Source: the human T2T-CHM13v2.0 reference genome, Homo sapiens
Direction: 5' to 3' (one strand)
Assembly: GCF_009914755.1 (NCBI RefSeq)
Contig: NC_060931.1
Length of the DNA: 64,000 bases
The position numbers and the translations under genes were made by a program. A model generated the notes under the pieces. The model made no database searches. It saw only the letters and a program-made list of their open reading frames with translations, and was not told the origin of the DNA. Positions 46,064 through 61,127 of this stretch are shown here, in pieces (position 1 is the stretch's first letter; each line of letters begins with the position of its first letter).

Positions 46064-48860
46064 AGTGATTTGCAGGGAAGATATCATTCCTCTGACCTTG
46101 ACCTCATTAACCTCTTAAGCTTATTATTTGAGCCCACTTGGCTGTAGAATAAGAAGGACAAAGTGGGGCATGCTTGATGCATGATAGTCTCATACTGGGC
46201 AGGACTGGGCACCAATAGATGTCCTGCCAGTCACTCCCTTCAGAGCTCCGGGGTTAAACCTCTTAGTACATCTCAGTGTGTTACACAGAAATGAGAAAAC
46301 CCAATGAAGAGGCTTGAAAGCATCCACAAACAGAATACTGAAATCCAGCACTCACTTAAGATGGGCCATCGTCAGTTCAGTTCCAGAGTATTGGCCATCA
46401 GAGACATTCAAGAGAGAGGCAGAAAGTTGTGCCGAGTCCTGTTCACTTTCACGAGCTGTCTGGCACCTGCCTCTGCCAGAGAGCCTTTTGGAGGTGAGGT
46501 TGAATGGGGCTCCAGGGTGAGTCCTTGCACCCACCAAGCACCAGGCCCAGTGGTGCTGAAAGTGTTCCCTACATCTGATCCTAACCCGTGCTACACCACA
46601 GGGCAGGAGGGAGGCCCAAGGATGCTTCCTATAGATGGCAGGTAGAGTAAAAAGAGACTAGAAGCGAGATGTGATTGAAAGCTGATCGTCCACTTTCCCT
46701 CCACACCATTCTCCTTGAGGACTTCTCGCATCACCTTCTCTCCTGTGCCCTCAGCAGCTTCCAGAGAGCTCAGTGGAGCCTGCAAGCTATCAGCAGGGCC
46801 AAGGCATATACAAGGATTAGGACGAGAGAAGAAGGGAAGAAAGAGGCAAAGAAGAAGAATGAAGGGACAGGAGTGCCTATGCAAAGCAGAGAAAGAGCCG
46901 CAGACAGTTGCCTTAGGGATTCTGAGGACAGTGCTTAGGCCCAAGGTGACCTCTCTCCACTTTAGTGTCTGCCTCCAGGACTCTGTGGCCTGGCTCCATT
47001 CTCCTTCTGGCCCTATTTTCCTGGCCAGGCCCTATATTCTTCCTCTGTTTTTAAAGGGCTTTCTCCTAACGCACGCCTGCTGACTGTAACCTTCACAAAT
47101 GTGAGATGTCCCTTGTGGAGTCCAGAGAGAGCAGGGACCCTCGAAGCCTGAAGTCCACAGAGGTGTGTGGTAGCACATGAGGGTTGGGGAGGGCCAATCG
47201 TGCCATATCTTCCCAACTCTGCAACCAGCGATGCCAGGCCAGCTGCTGGAAATCAGCCACTGTGGATGTATTTGCACTATGGGAATAGGCACATGCTACA
47301 AATTGGGACTTTTGATTTTGTGGAGAGCTGGTTGTTAAACACCTGCCAGCACACTTCTGGCAGGGTCATTGATGGGCCTGGATAAGACAGGTCAGCCCAG
47401 GCCTGCCCAGTTCTCAAATGATTGTGCATGGGAACCCATCAGATACATGAACTGCATCAGCCCAGTTCAGGGTCAGAGTAGGAGTTTCTTTCTGTCCATA
47501 CCCCACCTTTTAATTAAAAGAAAATATTAATATGGACTCTTTCTATTAACTGTTCTTTCCAAGTCCTGTAGGTAAGGAGCCTTTACTCGTGGTTTTTGAC
47601 ACTAAAATCAAATTGTTATTCTTTCCTGCTAGGTAAACTGAGCCAAGAGATGCTGACGTGACCCATGGGTGTGTAGGAAGCTTGAAGTGTACATCTGGTA
47701 ACACCTGTCATTTACTCCCTCCACCTCAAACTTAAGATTAGTGCACTGGGTTTGGCAGAAATTCTATTTTCATTTCCTCAAAGCACTGCACTAAAATTAC
47801 CATACATCCATACCACAGAACATGGTGCAGATGTAAAACAAAATGAAAACAAAATGAAGTAAATCTATGTATGCTGCTCTGAAAAACAACAGCAAAATGC
47901 AGAACAGTGTATTCGTGTATATCTTTGCATATTTTGAATATACAAAATAGGCTTGTACATACATAGGACATTTTGGAAGGATACACAAAAAACTTAACAG
48001 CAGAAACCTGAGTGAGAAACAGAGCGATATGTATTTTCTTAATTTATTGTATATTCTTTTTTCTTTTTGACGTTTTACCACGTGCAAGTACTACGTTCTC
48101 CATTTTTCAAAAAGCTAGTTGAAAATGAACAAAAAAAACTGCTGCTAAAAACATCTTTGTCACACCGCCAGTCCTCTGCTCACTCTCTCTTCTCAAATCC
48201 AGCCAACCACTCCTCCACCCCATCTGTATCATATTCGAGCTTGCCTTTGTTCTAGTTTCCTACTAGATGCACCCTGTTGCTCCTCTTTTGTGGGCTGCCG
48301 TGAAGGTCACGCAGCAGCCTGTCTGCCTAGGCAGACAGCTCGGTGGATCTGGTAAACGTCCCAGAGAATGAGACTTCATCTCTCATTTCCTAAAGACCAG
48401 CCAGTATCCTACTTGGCCAGAGAACTTCTGTTTGGCACTAGATTGATTATAGGGATATTCCAGGGATGCTCCAGCACCTCCTTTCTATGCTAAAGCAAGC
48501 AGCTTTAGATCAAGTCAAAGGAAATATCCTTCTACATTGGAGTCAGTAAACTCATGGAAACTAACACTCAGACATGGTACAGGCCAAAAATAGGATGATG
48601 CCAGGAAACATTTAGATAGCAACAGGTGAAAGCTCCATAGTGTTATTAATGTTATCAGGAACTGTGTAGGGAGAGACAAAGAAAAGCCAGAGACAGGCAA
48701 ATGGCATTCCAGTTTTGCAAAAGGGGAAAATAATGTGAGTTCTGAAAAACACAAACAAATGAGCCTGGCCCCCAAAGTGACCATTGGATCACTAAAAGAT
48801 AGATGTGGTAATTATTTAGAAAAGGATGTGATTGATCACTAGGAGTAAGTCTGGAATCAC

Positions 48861-49221
48861 TGTCTTAATCATTTGGGGCTGCTGTTATGAAATGCCACTC
48901 TCTGGGTGGCTTTAACAACAAATATCTATTTCTTATGGTTCTGGAGGTTGGAAGTCTGAGATGAGGGTGCCAGCATGGTCAGGTACTTGGTGATGGCTCC
49001 TTTCCTGTTTATGTCCTCAGATGGCTCTTCCTTGGTTCATTCAATCAGACAGAGATCTCAAGTGACTCTTCCTCTTTTTTATAAGGACTCGATCCATCAT
49101 GGGTGGGGGCTCTACCCTCATGACCTCATCTAAACCTAATTACCTCCCAAAGGCCCCAACTTGGGGGGTTAGTGCTTCAACATACGAATTGAGAGTGGGA
49201 TGACACATTTAGTCCATAGCA
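48861..49221 (-). mobile_element. MLT1A-like solo LTR with 5-bp TSD
   Basis: TGTCTTAATC...AGTCCATAGCA, flanked by ATCAC at 48856-48860 and 49222-49226. Confidence 0.85.
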
Positions 49222-49698
49222 ATCACGAAGAACAAACTTGGTTAGGCTGGTGTTGCTCTCTAACTCAACAAGGCTGTGAGGCTTTTATATCAAGGAAACG
49301 TAAGAGAGAATATCTGAACTGCATCAAGGCATTTAATAGACTCTTTAATAAAATCCTTGTAGAACACCAGGCAATGTAGGCTGGTGAATTAATTGACTCA
49401 ATGGTTAAACCCCAAAGATGTTCATTAATGCATCAAAGACAACATGAAGGACGGTTTTCTTAGGGTATATGTCAGAGCTCTGTTCTCAGACTAATCCTAT
49501 TCAACACATTTACTAATGACTTGGATAAAGATAGAGGAGACATGGTCATCAGATTTGTCTATGATTGCAATAAAAGAAACATATTAAATGTAAGTATTTG
49601 CAATCCTGCTCCATCCTAAAGAAAAAGAAACTTTTGCTGAATGTTGGGCATTTTGGGTGTTGACGGGCATTTTGGTGTTGTCTTGAGGTATCATTCTA

Positions 49699-50230
<532 letters not shown>

Positions 50231-51913
50231 AGTATGAGCTGAAGTTGACAATAAGCTCAATATGAATCAATAGTGAAATACTGCCAAAGTCAATGGGATC
50301 GTAAGCTGTATTAAAAGAGAATGGAGTCCCAAAGGAAGCAGTCCCGCTCAACTTTGAGATAGGCAGACTATACGTGCATTATTGTGTAGAGCTCAAGGCC
50401 CCACACTTTCAGCACTTTATGATAAGTTTGAGCACATTCAGGAGAGAGTGGCCGAGCCCAGAAGGGAATTAATTGGAAACAATCAAAGTAACTGGTGATG
50501 TTCAGCTTTGAGAAGTAAGGCTCAAGGGAACATAACAGCTTCAAATATTTGAAGGGCTGTCAAAGAGAAGAGCTGCTGCATTCCTTCTGTGTAACTTCAA
50601 GATGTGAAAGTAGGATCAGAGAATGGAACTTATCTTATTTAGACATATTTTGGCTTGATGTGAGGAATGTCTTTCTAATAGAGTTCTCTAAAGAAAAAAT
50701 AAATTGTCTTGAGTGGTAGTGAGTTCTCCATCACTTCGTGTGGTCAGGCAGAAACCAGGGGACACTCAAGTGAAGACTAGAGTTTGGATTGAATGACTCT
50801 GATGTCTCTAGAGGTTTGAGACGTTTGTTGTTCTGTATTTATCATTGTATGCCCTATGGTGCCATAAGCTTTGCATTGACTCAGTAGATATTTATTAGGT
50901 GGAACCGGAATGCTTTTGGGGTAATTCCTAGGGAAGAGAACCAATATCCCACCCAAGACCATTACTAAGGAGGGAAGTCAAGGATGAAGCCAGAAACATA
51001 AGGCCAAGGGTGGGACGAAGGGAAGAGGCAGGTACAGAACTCAATTAAACCCTGCCTCTCCCCACTCTGCACTGTACACCTCATTCATCAGATGCACCAT
51101 CTTCTGCTTGGTGCTGGTCCATATGAATTCATCCTCCATGTTCCATTTGTCTACTAGATATTCATATAATCCAGGGCTCTGAATTTTTATTTATTTTTCT
51201 CTTTGGTTTTCAAATCTTCTTCCCATTCCACACTCCCCAGAGTTCCTGGTCTTTCTTCATTCTATGTCCAGACTCCTTTTGTCTCCCTTTTCTCTAGGTG
51301 GTCTCTCCCTTTCCTTGGGGGACCCTTTCCATTTCTCTCTTCCTACTCCCTTAACCCTCTGAAGGCTTCAACAGTTAATAAGGTCCTGAAAGCTAGAACA
51401 GGGATCTTAATGTCCCACAGAGGCCTCAGGCGATGAACTCAGTGTCAGGTAGTGTCATCTCATCCTATGGACTGTGAACCTGGAGGCTGGACAGGTTTTT
51501 GTCCTATGCCTAACTACACTGTGGACATTCTGCAAACTAAAAATAATTACTGCTTTTTCCTCCTCTAGTTTGTCTTAAATGACCTGAACAATGGCATTCT
51601 TATCTCTCCCTTGGGAGAAATTATTCTGTCATCAATGCACCTGTCTGTGAAAGAATGTGTGCTGACTTCTTCTGCAGGAGTTCCAAATTTTGTCTAAATG
51701 TCTCTTTGCCATTCCCAATTATGCTTCCTCCTGTACTGCAATCAGTATTATCAACACTGGCATCACTTTCTTCGCCAGAAAATAAAACTAAAGCACCCAT
51801 ATTTTCCTCCCTGGTGGCTTTATCAATATCTTTCAGGCATGATCATAATTTCCCTCCCTAATTCTTCATGCATATTCAGACATAAAAACTACAGGAAGAG
51901 AGAACACACCTTG

Positions 51914-52220
51914 AGGAAGGAAGGAAGGGAAGGGAAGGGAAGGGAAGGGAAGGGAAGGGAAGGGAAGGGAAGGGAAGGGAGGAGGGAGGGAGGGAGGGAG
52001 GGGAGAGGAAGAAAAAAGGAAAAGAAAAAAAGAAAAAGAAAGAAAGAGAGAAAGAGAGAAAAAGAAAGAAAGAGAAAGAGAGAAAAAGAAAGAAGAAAGA
52101 AAGAAAGAAAAAGAAAGAAAGAGGAAGGAGGGAAGGAAGGAAGGAAACAAGAAAGGAGGGAGAAAGGGAAGAAAAGGGGGAAAGAGGTAGGGAAGGGAGA
52201 GAGAAAGAAATAGAGAGAGG
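51914..52220. repeat. Compound polypurine microsatellite (GGAA/GGGAA/GGGA/GAAA)
   Basis: Directly visible, about 300 bp of nearly pure A/G. Confidence 0.97.
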
Positions 52221-52889
52221 AGTGATGATGACAATAATAAAGGTATCTTCAAAAAACCAAAAGAGATAGTACAGATTTTCATGGGACTATAAAGATTTTT
52301 TATTTTAGAAAACTTCATTGTAATTGTAGAGCAAAATATGCCAACAGGATATTTTATGTAACTCATATCATGTTTAGAATCATCCATTGAAAAAAACATT
52401 TATGGAATGCCTACCATATGTCACTATGCTGCAGATCAAAGTTGTTTCAGCCATAGTCACTACCCTTAGGGGGTTTCAGGTGAGTAGGGGACAAAACGGT
52501 AAACAAATAGCTGTAGTAGTCTGTTGTTAATGCCAAGATATAAGTATTCTCCCAGTAGTGTGGGATTGTGAGGGAGAGAGTGTCGATTTAGAATGCAATT
52601 CTTCTTGATTCTGATCATAACACTATATTAAATTATAACTATATATTTTTATTAATATTGTCTCTGCTGTTATGTTTCAAAAATAAGACTCAGTAAGAAA
52701 TAATGTTTATATATGTTCTTCTAAGTTAAGATTTTAAATTATAGAAAGTTGATGATAGCATATTATTTAACTAGCATGTTGCACAGGAAGCTCTGATTAT
52801 TCTAGCTTTTAGTATCCCCATTTATAAACACTCAAATATACCCTTGAGGAAGAAAACCAAGGACTCAGGTGAGTAGACACCTCATATCT

Positions 52890-53350
52890 ATTCATTCTTT
52901 CTTTTATTCATTTTTTATAAAAATACACTGTGAGCTCCTAGTTTATACCAAGTACTGCTCTAGGTGCTGCAGATAAAGTGGAGATCAAAGCTCTTGTGCA
53001 ACATACATTCTGGATGGGGGTGAGATGTAATGAGTGAAATGAACTAGCAATAGAACTTCTTGCAGTGGTAATTCACATGAAGAAAACTAAAACATGGTGT
53101 TGTGAAGAGTGGAGATACACTGCTAGGAACAACTTCCTTGAGGTGGTGACATCTGGACTGGGACTGGAAGGAAAAGAAGGAGCCAGCAGACGAGAGAAGA
53201 TGAAACAGAGGAGTGGCCAGTGCAAAGGCTGTGAGGTGGGACGCAGAAGAGAGAAAATACTCAGTTCCAGGTGGGACACAGAGGAGGGAAAATACTTGGT
53301 TCCAAAGAACCATGAAAGGGTCAATGTGGGTAGAACTATGCAAGGGAAAG
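52890..53350 (-). mobile_element. L2 fragment
   Basis: TTCATTC...CCAAGTACTGCTCTAGGTGCTGCAGATA...CTTCCTTGAGGTGGTGACATCTG...CAGTGCAAAGGCTGTGAGGTGGGA. Confidence 0.7.
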
Positions 53351-53614
53351 AAATGGAACACGCAAATACACACATAGCAATTCAACTGGGAAAGATAACA
53401 GAAAAGAGTTAGGAAAATCTATTGTAGCTCTGAAAAGACCTCTGGGTCATCTGACTTCTTATGCTATATGAACCAAGCCTGGTTCCATAAAAGTGAACTA
53501 AGGCACAGGCACAGAAGGTAACTGAGGAAATGAACTGAGGAAGGAAGGTGCCGATTAGAAATAGAGACTAAGTCAGTTAGGAAGGCCTTTGTCTGAAAGT
53601 AACAAAATGCCTAT

Positions 53615-54133
53615 TGTATTAGTCAGGGTTCTCCAGCGGGACAGAACTAATTGGATAGATGTATATATAAAGAGGAGTTTATTAAGGAGTATTGACTCAC
53701 ACGATCACAAAGTGAAGTGCCACAATAGGCCATCTGCAAGTTGAGGAGCAAGGAAGCCAGGCTGAGTCCCAAAACCTCTGAAGTAGGGAAGCCGACAGTG
53801 CAGCCTCCAGTCTGTGGTGAAAGGTCTGAGTCCAAAAGCTGAAGAGCTTGGAGTCTGATGTTTGAGGGCAGGAAGCATCCAGCACAGGAGAAAGATGTAG
53901 GCCAGAAGACTAAGCCAGTCTGGTCTTTCCACGTTCTTCTGCCTGCTTTATATTCTGGCTGTGCTGGCAGCTGATTAGCTGGTACCCACGCAGATTGAGG
54001 GTGGGTTGTGCCTCTCCTAGTCCAACTGACTCAAATGTTAATCTTCTTTGGCAACACCCTCACAGACAAACCCAGGAACAATACTTTGTATCCTTTAGTC
54101 CTGTCAAGTTGGCACTCAATATTAACCATCACA
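53615..54133 (-). mobile_element. MLT2A-like (ERVL) solo LTR nested in an older MLT1-like LTR (~53570-54400)
   Basis: TGTATTAGTCAGGGTTCTCCAG...CAAGTTGGCACTCAATATTAACCATCACA. Confidence 0.88.
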
Positions 54134-57100
54134 CTCATCTAGCTGCTCAAGCAGTAAGACATTTAATATCTCAGGAGAGCAGTCTGGAGGTAGGTGGCTC
54201 CGGGCTTGGTGCAGGGACTCAGTGAAGTTATCAAGGACCCAGTCTCTCTTCCTACTTTCTTTGCATCTCCTCCCCAGTGCTCCCTTCTGACAGCAAGTGA
54301 AACTTCTCAGAGTGCTCCTGCATGTCTGATTGGCCAGAATTGGGTCATGTGGACACTCCAAGCTGCAAGGGAGGCTGGGAAAAAGAGCCTCTGGAAAGGA
54401 GGCATGGGATCACTAACACTGATTTGGACTAATCAAGAGTCAAGGTGTCATCCTCTGCAGATGCAATCAACATGGAGAGCCGTGGAACAGGGGATGGAGG
54501 GAAGGGTGGGCCACAGAAACACAGGGCCCATGTTGGGGACAAGAGGGAAGAAAAGCGAATGCACTGTAATTGATTCAGAAGACACGGGTTACTATCCCAG
54601 CCCTGATCAAATCACTCAAACAATCTTCACCATGGTTCTTCATCCATACGACGGAAGTGACAACACCTATCTTATCTCTCAAGCAGGCTGTGAAGAGCAC
54701 AAATTGCCAGAGTGAATTATGAGTGCCTAATGTCTGCCCACGACTCCACAAGGATGCAGTACAAAAGTATTGTAGCTTCTATTTCTATTTATTTTTCTCA
54801 TTCTTTTAAAATATATACAGTTGTGCATATAATATACATAATGCATTACAACAATAGACTATATATATCTTATAAATACATACATGTGTATATGTTGGAA
54901 ATGCTCAAAAAATTTACTGGTAAGGGTCCAGATTTTATTTGTATGCTTGGAAACACTTTCTTAAAAACATAACACATATAAAGGACTTAGCACAGGACTA
55001 GGAGCGTTTGGGTCCTCAGCAAAGGCTGTCTCCATCTCCCTTTCAGATGCATTAGTGTTGCCATTTTTAATGGCAAGGGTCGGCATCTGCCACAGTCCTT
55101 CCCAACTCCATTCTCAGAATGCTGCGTATTATGTGCTCTTTTGGCACCTCAAATCCCTCTCCCAGAAAACAGGATTACAGGCGCTGCATCCTACAAGCAG
55201 TTCCCGGGAGCTATTATCACATCGCTACCACAACCCCCAGCATCTTCTCCTCTTTCCACCTGCTGTTCATCTTCCGTATGTGTCTTGGCTGGTGGGAACT
55301 TCTGTGAAGGGGTGAACAAGAGCAAGGAGAGGAGGAGAAGCAAAGCCAGCCAGAGAGGTGACCCGCCAGCTCATGAGGTGAAAGTCCCCTCAGGAAAGGG
55401 AGAGTTAAAACTCAAGGTCTGGGCATTCTCTGTGCAATTCATTTCTCCCTGGGAACCCTGCCTCCCATTAGCATGGACAAATGAGAATTGCCCATATCTA
55501 CATTCCATCTGCCCTCATCTTCCTTTGCAGCTACTCAAAGCACTTTAGAAAGAGCCTCTCTTTCTTCCTCCCAGCATCACCTCTGCGGTGGACAAGAGAC
55601 AAAGATGGGAGTGCGGTGCAGGGAGAGAAACAGAGTCATGAGGTCACTTAGCGGCTCAGCTAGAATGCACCCAGGAGTCCTGACACCCGATCAAAATCAC
55701 TCTTCTCATTAAAAGGACAAAGATAAAACCTCCTTCATAAATCTGAGGCCCGTCTGCATTATCCTCAGCCATCAGTTATGCTTGCTGTGGGCCATTGTTC
55801 ATTTATTTAATTTAACCTTTTTTTTTTTTTTCTGAAAAGCTTTTGGGTTTGCCTTTAAAAACCCACATTAAATTCTCGTTTAACGATTTGACGGGGTCCC
55901 CTTTAGCTCCCTTTAAATGAGCTGCCGATAAAGGAATAAACTTGCTGAAGAAATAAGAAATAAGCCTCCAGAATGCTGTAGCCCTTTCATGCTGTGGCTG
56001 TCCAGGCTGAAGCCCCTCTCAAATGAATAGAGATAATGCTAATGGAATTACACATTGTGACTAGATCAGGGGCTGCCACAGAAAGATAAATACCAAAGCA
56101 AGGCTAAGGCAGTTAATCAAAAATAAACCCCTACGTGCCTTTTTTTTTCCAGAAGCAAAAAAAATTAAAAAAAAAAAACCCGAAGACCTTGTTTTGCCAC
56201 ATGCATTTCTTCATTCACCTTGATGTTATTTTTCCAAATAATTTGGTTTAGAGGAGGTCCCCCACACACATATACATTTCAAAGCAAATTAAATTAGTTA
56301 AGAGTGATCTACCCAACCTATGTTTACAGTGACACAAATGACAGGGTGGCAAGCCTCTCACAAGATAAACCAGACGTGGACTAATTCGTGAGGATGATAT
56401 AGCGCTTATCTGTTTTGTTTAGGCTCAGTTTTAACAAGATAAAATCGCTGGGCCTGGTGTTCTGCCAGTGGGGAAGCTGTTTACCCACACAATTGACGCG
56501 CAGCGTGGGCTGTTGTGGAATCTAAATTAGCTCCTCTCCCTGCCTACCCCAGCTCCAAGCTGGTTGGGTTAGTCACACCCTCAGAGAACAGGTCTCAGGT
56601 CTCACTTAGGAAAAAAAAAATCCACATAATGGTCATTTGTCATCTTTAGGGTCTCATGATTTGTCCTGGCTCATCCTAAAATCAAGATGAATTTTGTGAC
56701 ACCACCCCAGGTAAGCGGTGACACCCTGGGTGTGTCCATCATGGAAATGGATGCCATCTGCCTCTCCTAGGCAAAGATGGAACTTACTAAAAGGACATCA
56801 GGGACTCGCAAAAGTGAGAAGGCAGGGAGTCCAGGAGGATGGCTCAGGAGAAGGCCCCATGAGGCCACCCTACAGGACAGGTGGGTGCAGGCGTGGCTGC
56901 AGCACTGGGGCCCAAATGTGGCCTCCACGTCGTGCCATCACTCATTCCAGGGACCAAGTCACAGGCAGCAGGTCTCACTGGCTCAGCCTAAGGCGTATAT
57001 CCACATGGGCTCCCTGAAGACAGGAGAAAGAGGGTCTGCCCTTTCAGTCCCCAGAGAGGGAAACAAGTGCTGCCTGCCATGGAAGGGCCATACAATAGGG

Positions 57101-57355
57101 GATTTCCCAAATGGGAGACCAGGCACTCACAAAAAGAGGTTGAATGAAGGCACCCCAAAACTGGCAAGCGGTTCCTATGCTAGGGCTGAGAAAAGTGTGC
57201 CTGGGCATCCTTGTTCAGCCCGAGCATCAGGTGGGAAGCAGTTTGCAGTGATGAAGGGAGCTCCGGGTGGTGAACCAAGAGACCCAGACCCAGGCATGGG
57301 GCCATGACCAGGCAAGGCTACCTGAGCTAAGGCAAGTCTATGCCTCTCTACTCAC

Positions 57356-57786
57356 TGTTGTGGGTTGAATTGTGTCCCCCGCAAAAATCTTATGTGAAAG
57401 TGGTCACCACCAATATCTCAGAATGTAACCTTTTGGGAATTAGGGACATTGTAGATGTAATTCGTTAAGATGAGGTCATACTGGAGGAGCATGGGAGCCT
57501 AATCCAACATGACCGGTGTCTTTATAAAAAGGGGAAATTTGGACACAGACACCCGTACATGGAGAATACCATGTTCTCCATATGGAGTTATTCTGTCTCA
57601 AGCCAAGGAACTACCAGAAGCTAAGAGAAAGGCTTGAAACAACCTCCCCTGGTGCCTTCAGTGGGAGCACGACCCTGCAGACACCCTGATCTCAGACTTC
57701 CAGCCTCCAGAACTGTGAAACAGTAGATTTCTGCTAAGCCACTCGGTTTGTGATACTTCATTATGGCAATCCTAGGAAACTAATGG
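57356..57786 (+). mobile_element. MLT1B/C-like MaLR LTR
   Basis: TGTTGTGGGTTGAATTGTGTCCCC...CAGCCTCCAGAACTGTGA...CCTAGGAAACTAAT. Confidence 0.85.
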
Positions 57787-58196
57787 GCTCGTTTTCTATA
57801 AGGTGAGCAAGTTGGACTTGATTTGCAGCTTTCAAACTGTTTGAGTCTTGACTTCCACTTGAACTTCCATTTGAAGTCCCGCAACTTCGTGGCAGCACAC
57901 TTTGAAAACCATGGTGTGATCTCCAAGGTCCCTCCAGCTCTCACTCTCTAAATTAAAGCCCTTTTCAGTTTTGACAAAGAACGGTTCCAAATTTAGGGAA
58001 GGCTGTATGGGGGGACATTTTCTTCTCCAGCTGCGTGGATAGGCTGATCCCTTGATGGGACCCTGCTGGACTCCATCCCACGTAATTCCAGTCTGCTTCT
58101 TCAGGCACTGAGCCCTGGGAGAAGGTGGCTACTTCATGTGGGAGCTAGAAAGTATGGAGATTTCTGGGTCTAGTCCAGTGGTGTTTCCATTCAGAC

Positions 58197-58209
58197 ATAG
58201 ATAGATAGG

Positions 58210-58241
<32 letters not shown>

Positions 58242-58259
58242 TGATAGATAATAGATAGA

Positions 58260-58295
<36 letters not shown>

Positions 58296-58305
58296 TAGAT
58301 AGAGA
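58197..58305. repeat. Compound (GATA)n/(GACA)n tetranucleotide STR
   Basis: Directly visible. Confidence 0.97.
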
Positions 58306-59009
58306 GCTTTGCTAGGCTTAGATCCTGTTAGATCCTAGAGACTCGGTCCCACTCTAGACTCTAGTCACCATCTCAAGTTCCACAGTGAACCCAACCACTT
58401 GAAAGATTCTGTGACCTACCACTTCCCCATCTTCCCACAGAGACCTCCAGCACCCAGCAGTGATGTCCAATGCCTCACAGAACAATAAACACCACTTTGA
58501 GATGTATATGATGCCCTTGTTGTCTATCTTTAAACAGAGAAAGAAGGAGCATGGTATCCCCAATATTGGAGGGGCACCAGGCATCATGGCAGACTCGATT
58601 ACACAGGTATCAGAAGCCTCTGCATGGGATGATGCCTCATGGAGACTGGCTGCCTGACTATTCATCCGTCTCCCATGCTAAATTGGGAGATCCAGGAGAA
58701 TAAGGAATTCTGTGCGCATAAGTTTTAAATCCCCAGATACGGGTGGATCACCAATGAGTGCTCCAGAGGGAAGACCTGAATAATTACCTTGTTCTTAAAA
58801 CCCATATTATTTTAAAATCTGGAAAAGGGGTACTTTCACAACACCCAGGCACTAAGTCACAACAGAGGAAAACTTGTCCAGATACACTGGCCCAACCTGA
58901 TTCTCGTTCAGTCAGTACATTGGTGACCCACATGTAGAGGAAGATCAGATAGAAGTTACAAAGAAGCTGCCATTCTTTCTCCCCCCAAGTATTGTGACAA
59001 AGTTGCTTC

Positions 59010-59495
59010 AAATGTATATAAACTGTTTAAGATTAATAAAATGAACACTAGGTGCCCTCCACCTATACCCAATAATTGTTATCATCTTGTCACATTTGTA
59101 GACATCATGAAATTTCACTTCTGGACCCTTCAGCAAACCTCTTTTGAGAACGAAACATTATCCTACATACCTTCAATACCATTATTGTGCATAATAAAAT
59201 TAATAATATTCCATTATATTATCTAACATCAAGTCCCTACTCAATTTTTCCATCATCTTAAGAAATATATTTTATAGGGTTTTTTTACAATTACCAAGAT
59301 CCAATCAAAATTCACACATTGTATTTGGTTGTAGTGTCTGTTGACTCTCTTTTAATCCAGTACAGTCCTCCAACTTTTTTCTTTCATGACACTGACTTTT
59401 TGATGAACCCAAGCTGATAGTTTTGTAAGTGTTGTATATTCTTGATTTGTATGATTGCTTGTTTCTGGTGTTGACTGACTTGTCCCTCTATCCCC
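59010..59495 (-). mobile_element. L1MC-like 3' fragment
   Basis: CAAGATCCAATCAAAATTCACACATTGTATTTGGTTG...TTCATGACACTGACTTTTTGA. Confidence 0.6.
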
Positions 59496-61088
59496 TAGAA
59501 ATGGCTGCCATCTTGACCTACTAAACACTCTGAGTGTGGGCTGAGATTAAGAGAGAAGCAGGGCTGGATATTCCTGTTCCAAGATCTTCCAGGCCTCTCT
59601 CTCCACTGAGTGAGGTCCACACCAGCACCTCCACTATGACAGAGCCACTGAATGCCTGGTCCTGCCAAGCCACAGCCCCAGGACGCTGGAGAACAGTGCT
59701 GGTCCTTTCTGGACTCTGCTGCCTTTGAAACTATAGTGAGCACAGCTGGAAACACACATACAATGCCACAAAAGATTATGAAGATTTAAAGGTTTCTCAG
59801 TGATTTATGTCTTTTTAATTAATGGCTTTTATGCTTTAATTAAAAAGTTACGGAAGTTGTCTTTACTTCTGAAAAATGCATTTATGGTTGACTGCTTGCA
59901 TGAATTAAATAGCATCAGACCCCTAGGTTGGCTCCATGCTAGAGTCCTAGAGCTCATTTTCGGGGTAGGAAGAAGGAGGTCAGGGAGAAATACCATTAAG
60001 AAGGAAGGCTGTGACAACTTTCATTACTTTTTGATGATCATGCAATAATTTTCCATGATAAATCATCTCATTACATCTACAAACTTGGAAACAGAATCTA
60101 AATGCCATGGTCCTGAAAAAAAAAAAAAAACAGCATGGAACCTGGTTTTAAAATGATTCACCTCCTCACTGAAGAAGCAGAATAAAAGTTTATATTTTAT
60201 TACTAATTGATTGGTTCTTAGGTCACACTAACTACATTGGGGGTACGATTGTGCAGAGCTTTGATTTGGGCTTCCATGCATAGTCTGCTAAAGTCAGCAG
60301 CCACTTCTGGACCTAGATGTGACCCCAGACTGGCTGATTGCCTGAGTCACCAGCCCGGTGCTATGGGCTTTGCTCAGGATCAAGGTGCCTTCCTCAATTC
60401 CCTCTGCAGAATTATCATGCCTTTCCTTGCATTCCCATTGAATTCATTTTGATAATTCACTTTGAATTTTTCCCTATCATTCTCTGAATTACATTATTTC
60501 TGTTCATGCCGGTCTCCCCCAATAGTTTGTTGTCTTCTCTATAAGGCCACTTCTCATTTCCCCAGTCCCCACTCAGATAGAAGTCACTACATCATCATTT
60601 GTGTCACTATTCTATCACAAGCAGAATTGTTCCAAAATATCTCAATAATTCCAACCTATTTTTTAAATGAAATATGTCTATGTCCTTTTACTAAATTGTA
60701 AGACCTAGTGGCCATATTTAATCATCTCTTTTTTTCTTTTCTATTTGACTAGGCTTTAGGCCAGAGAATTGAGTCAACCATATTCCTAGTTCATGACACA
60801 TTCAATCATGCATCGTCTCTCTCCTTTTATTCATTCATTCATTCATTCATTCATTCATGTATTTATTTATTCCCTTTATTTCCCTTTCCCAATCCTGTTA
60901 CCTTGACCACTGACTACAAATCTGTTAAGGTTAATGAGGGTCTTTTGTTTGTATGCATTCTTGTAAAATATGTGTATATTTCATGCATATAGAATTTTAA
61001 TTTACATACATATATAATGTCATATGCTTCATTCTGTTCCTTACTCTTTTCACTCAATATTAAGTTCTAAGAATCCATCCATGTTGCG

Positions 61089-61127
<39 letters not shown>

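Noticed and set aside
46538-46560. Possible REST/RE1 site (minus TTCAGCACCAC)
   Set aside because: Only the left half-site matches; the GGACAG half is absent.
51698-52399. Lys/Arg/Glu-rich and Phe/Ser/Leu-rich ORFs
   Set aside because: Translations of the polypurine microsatellite.
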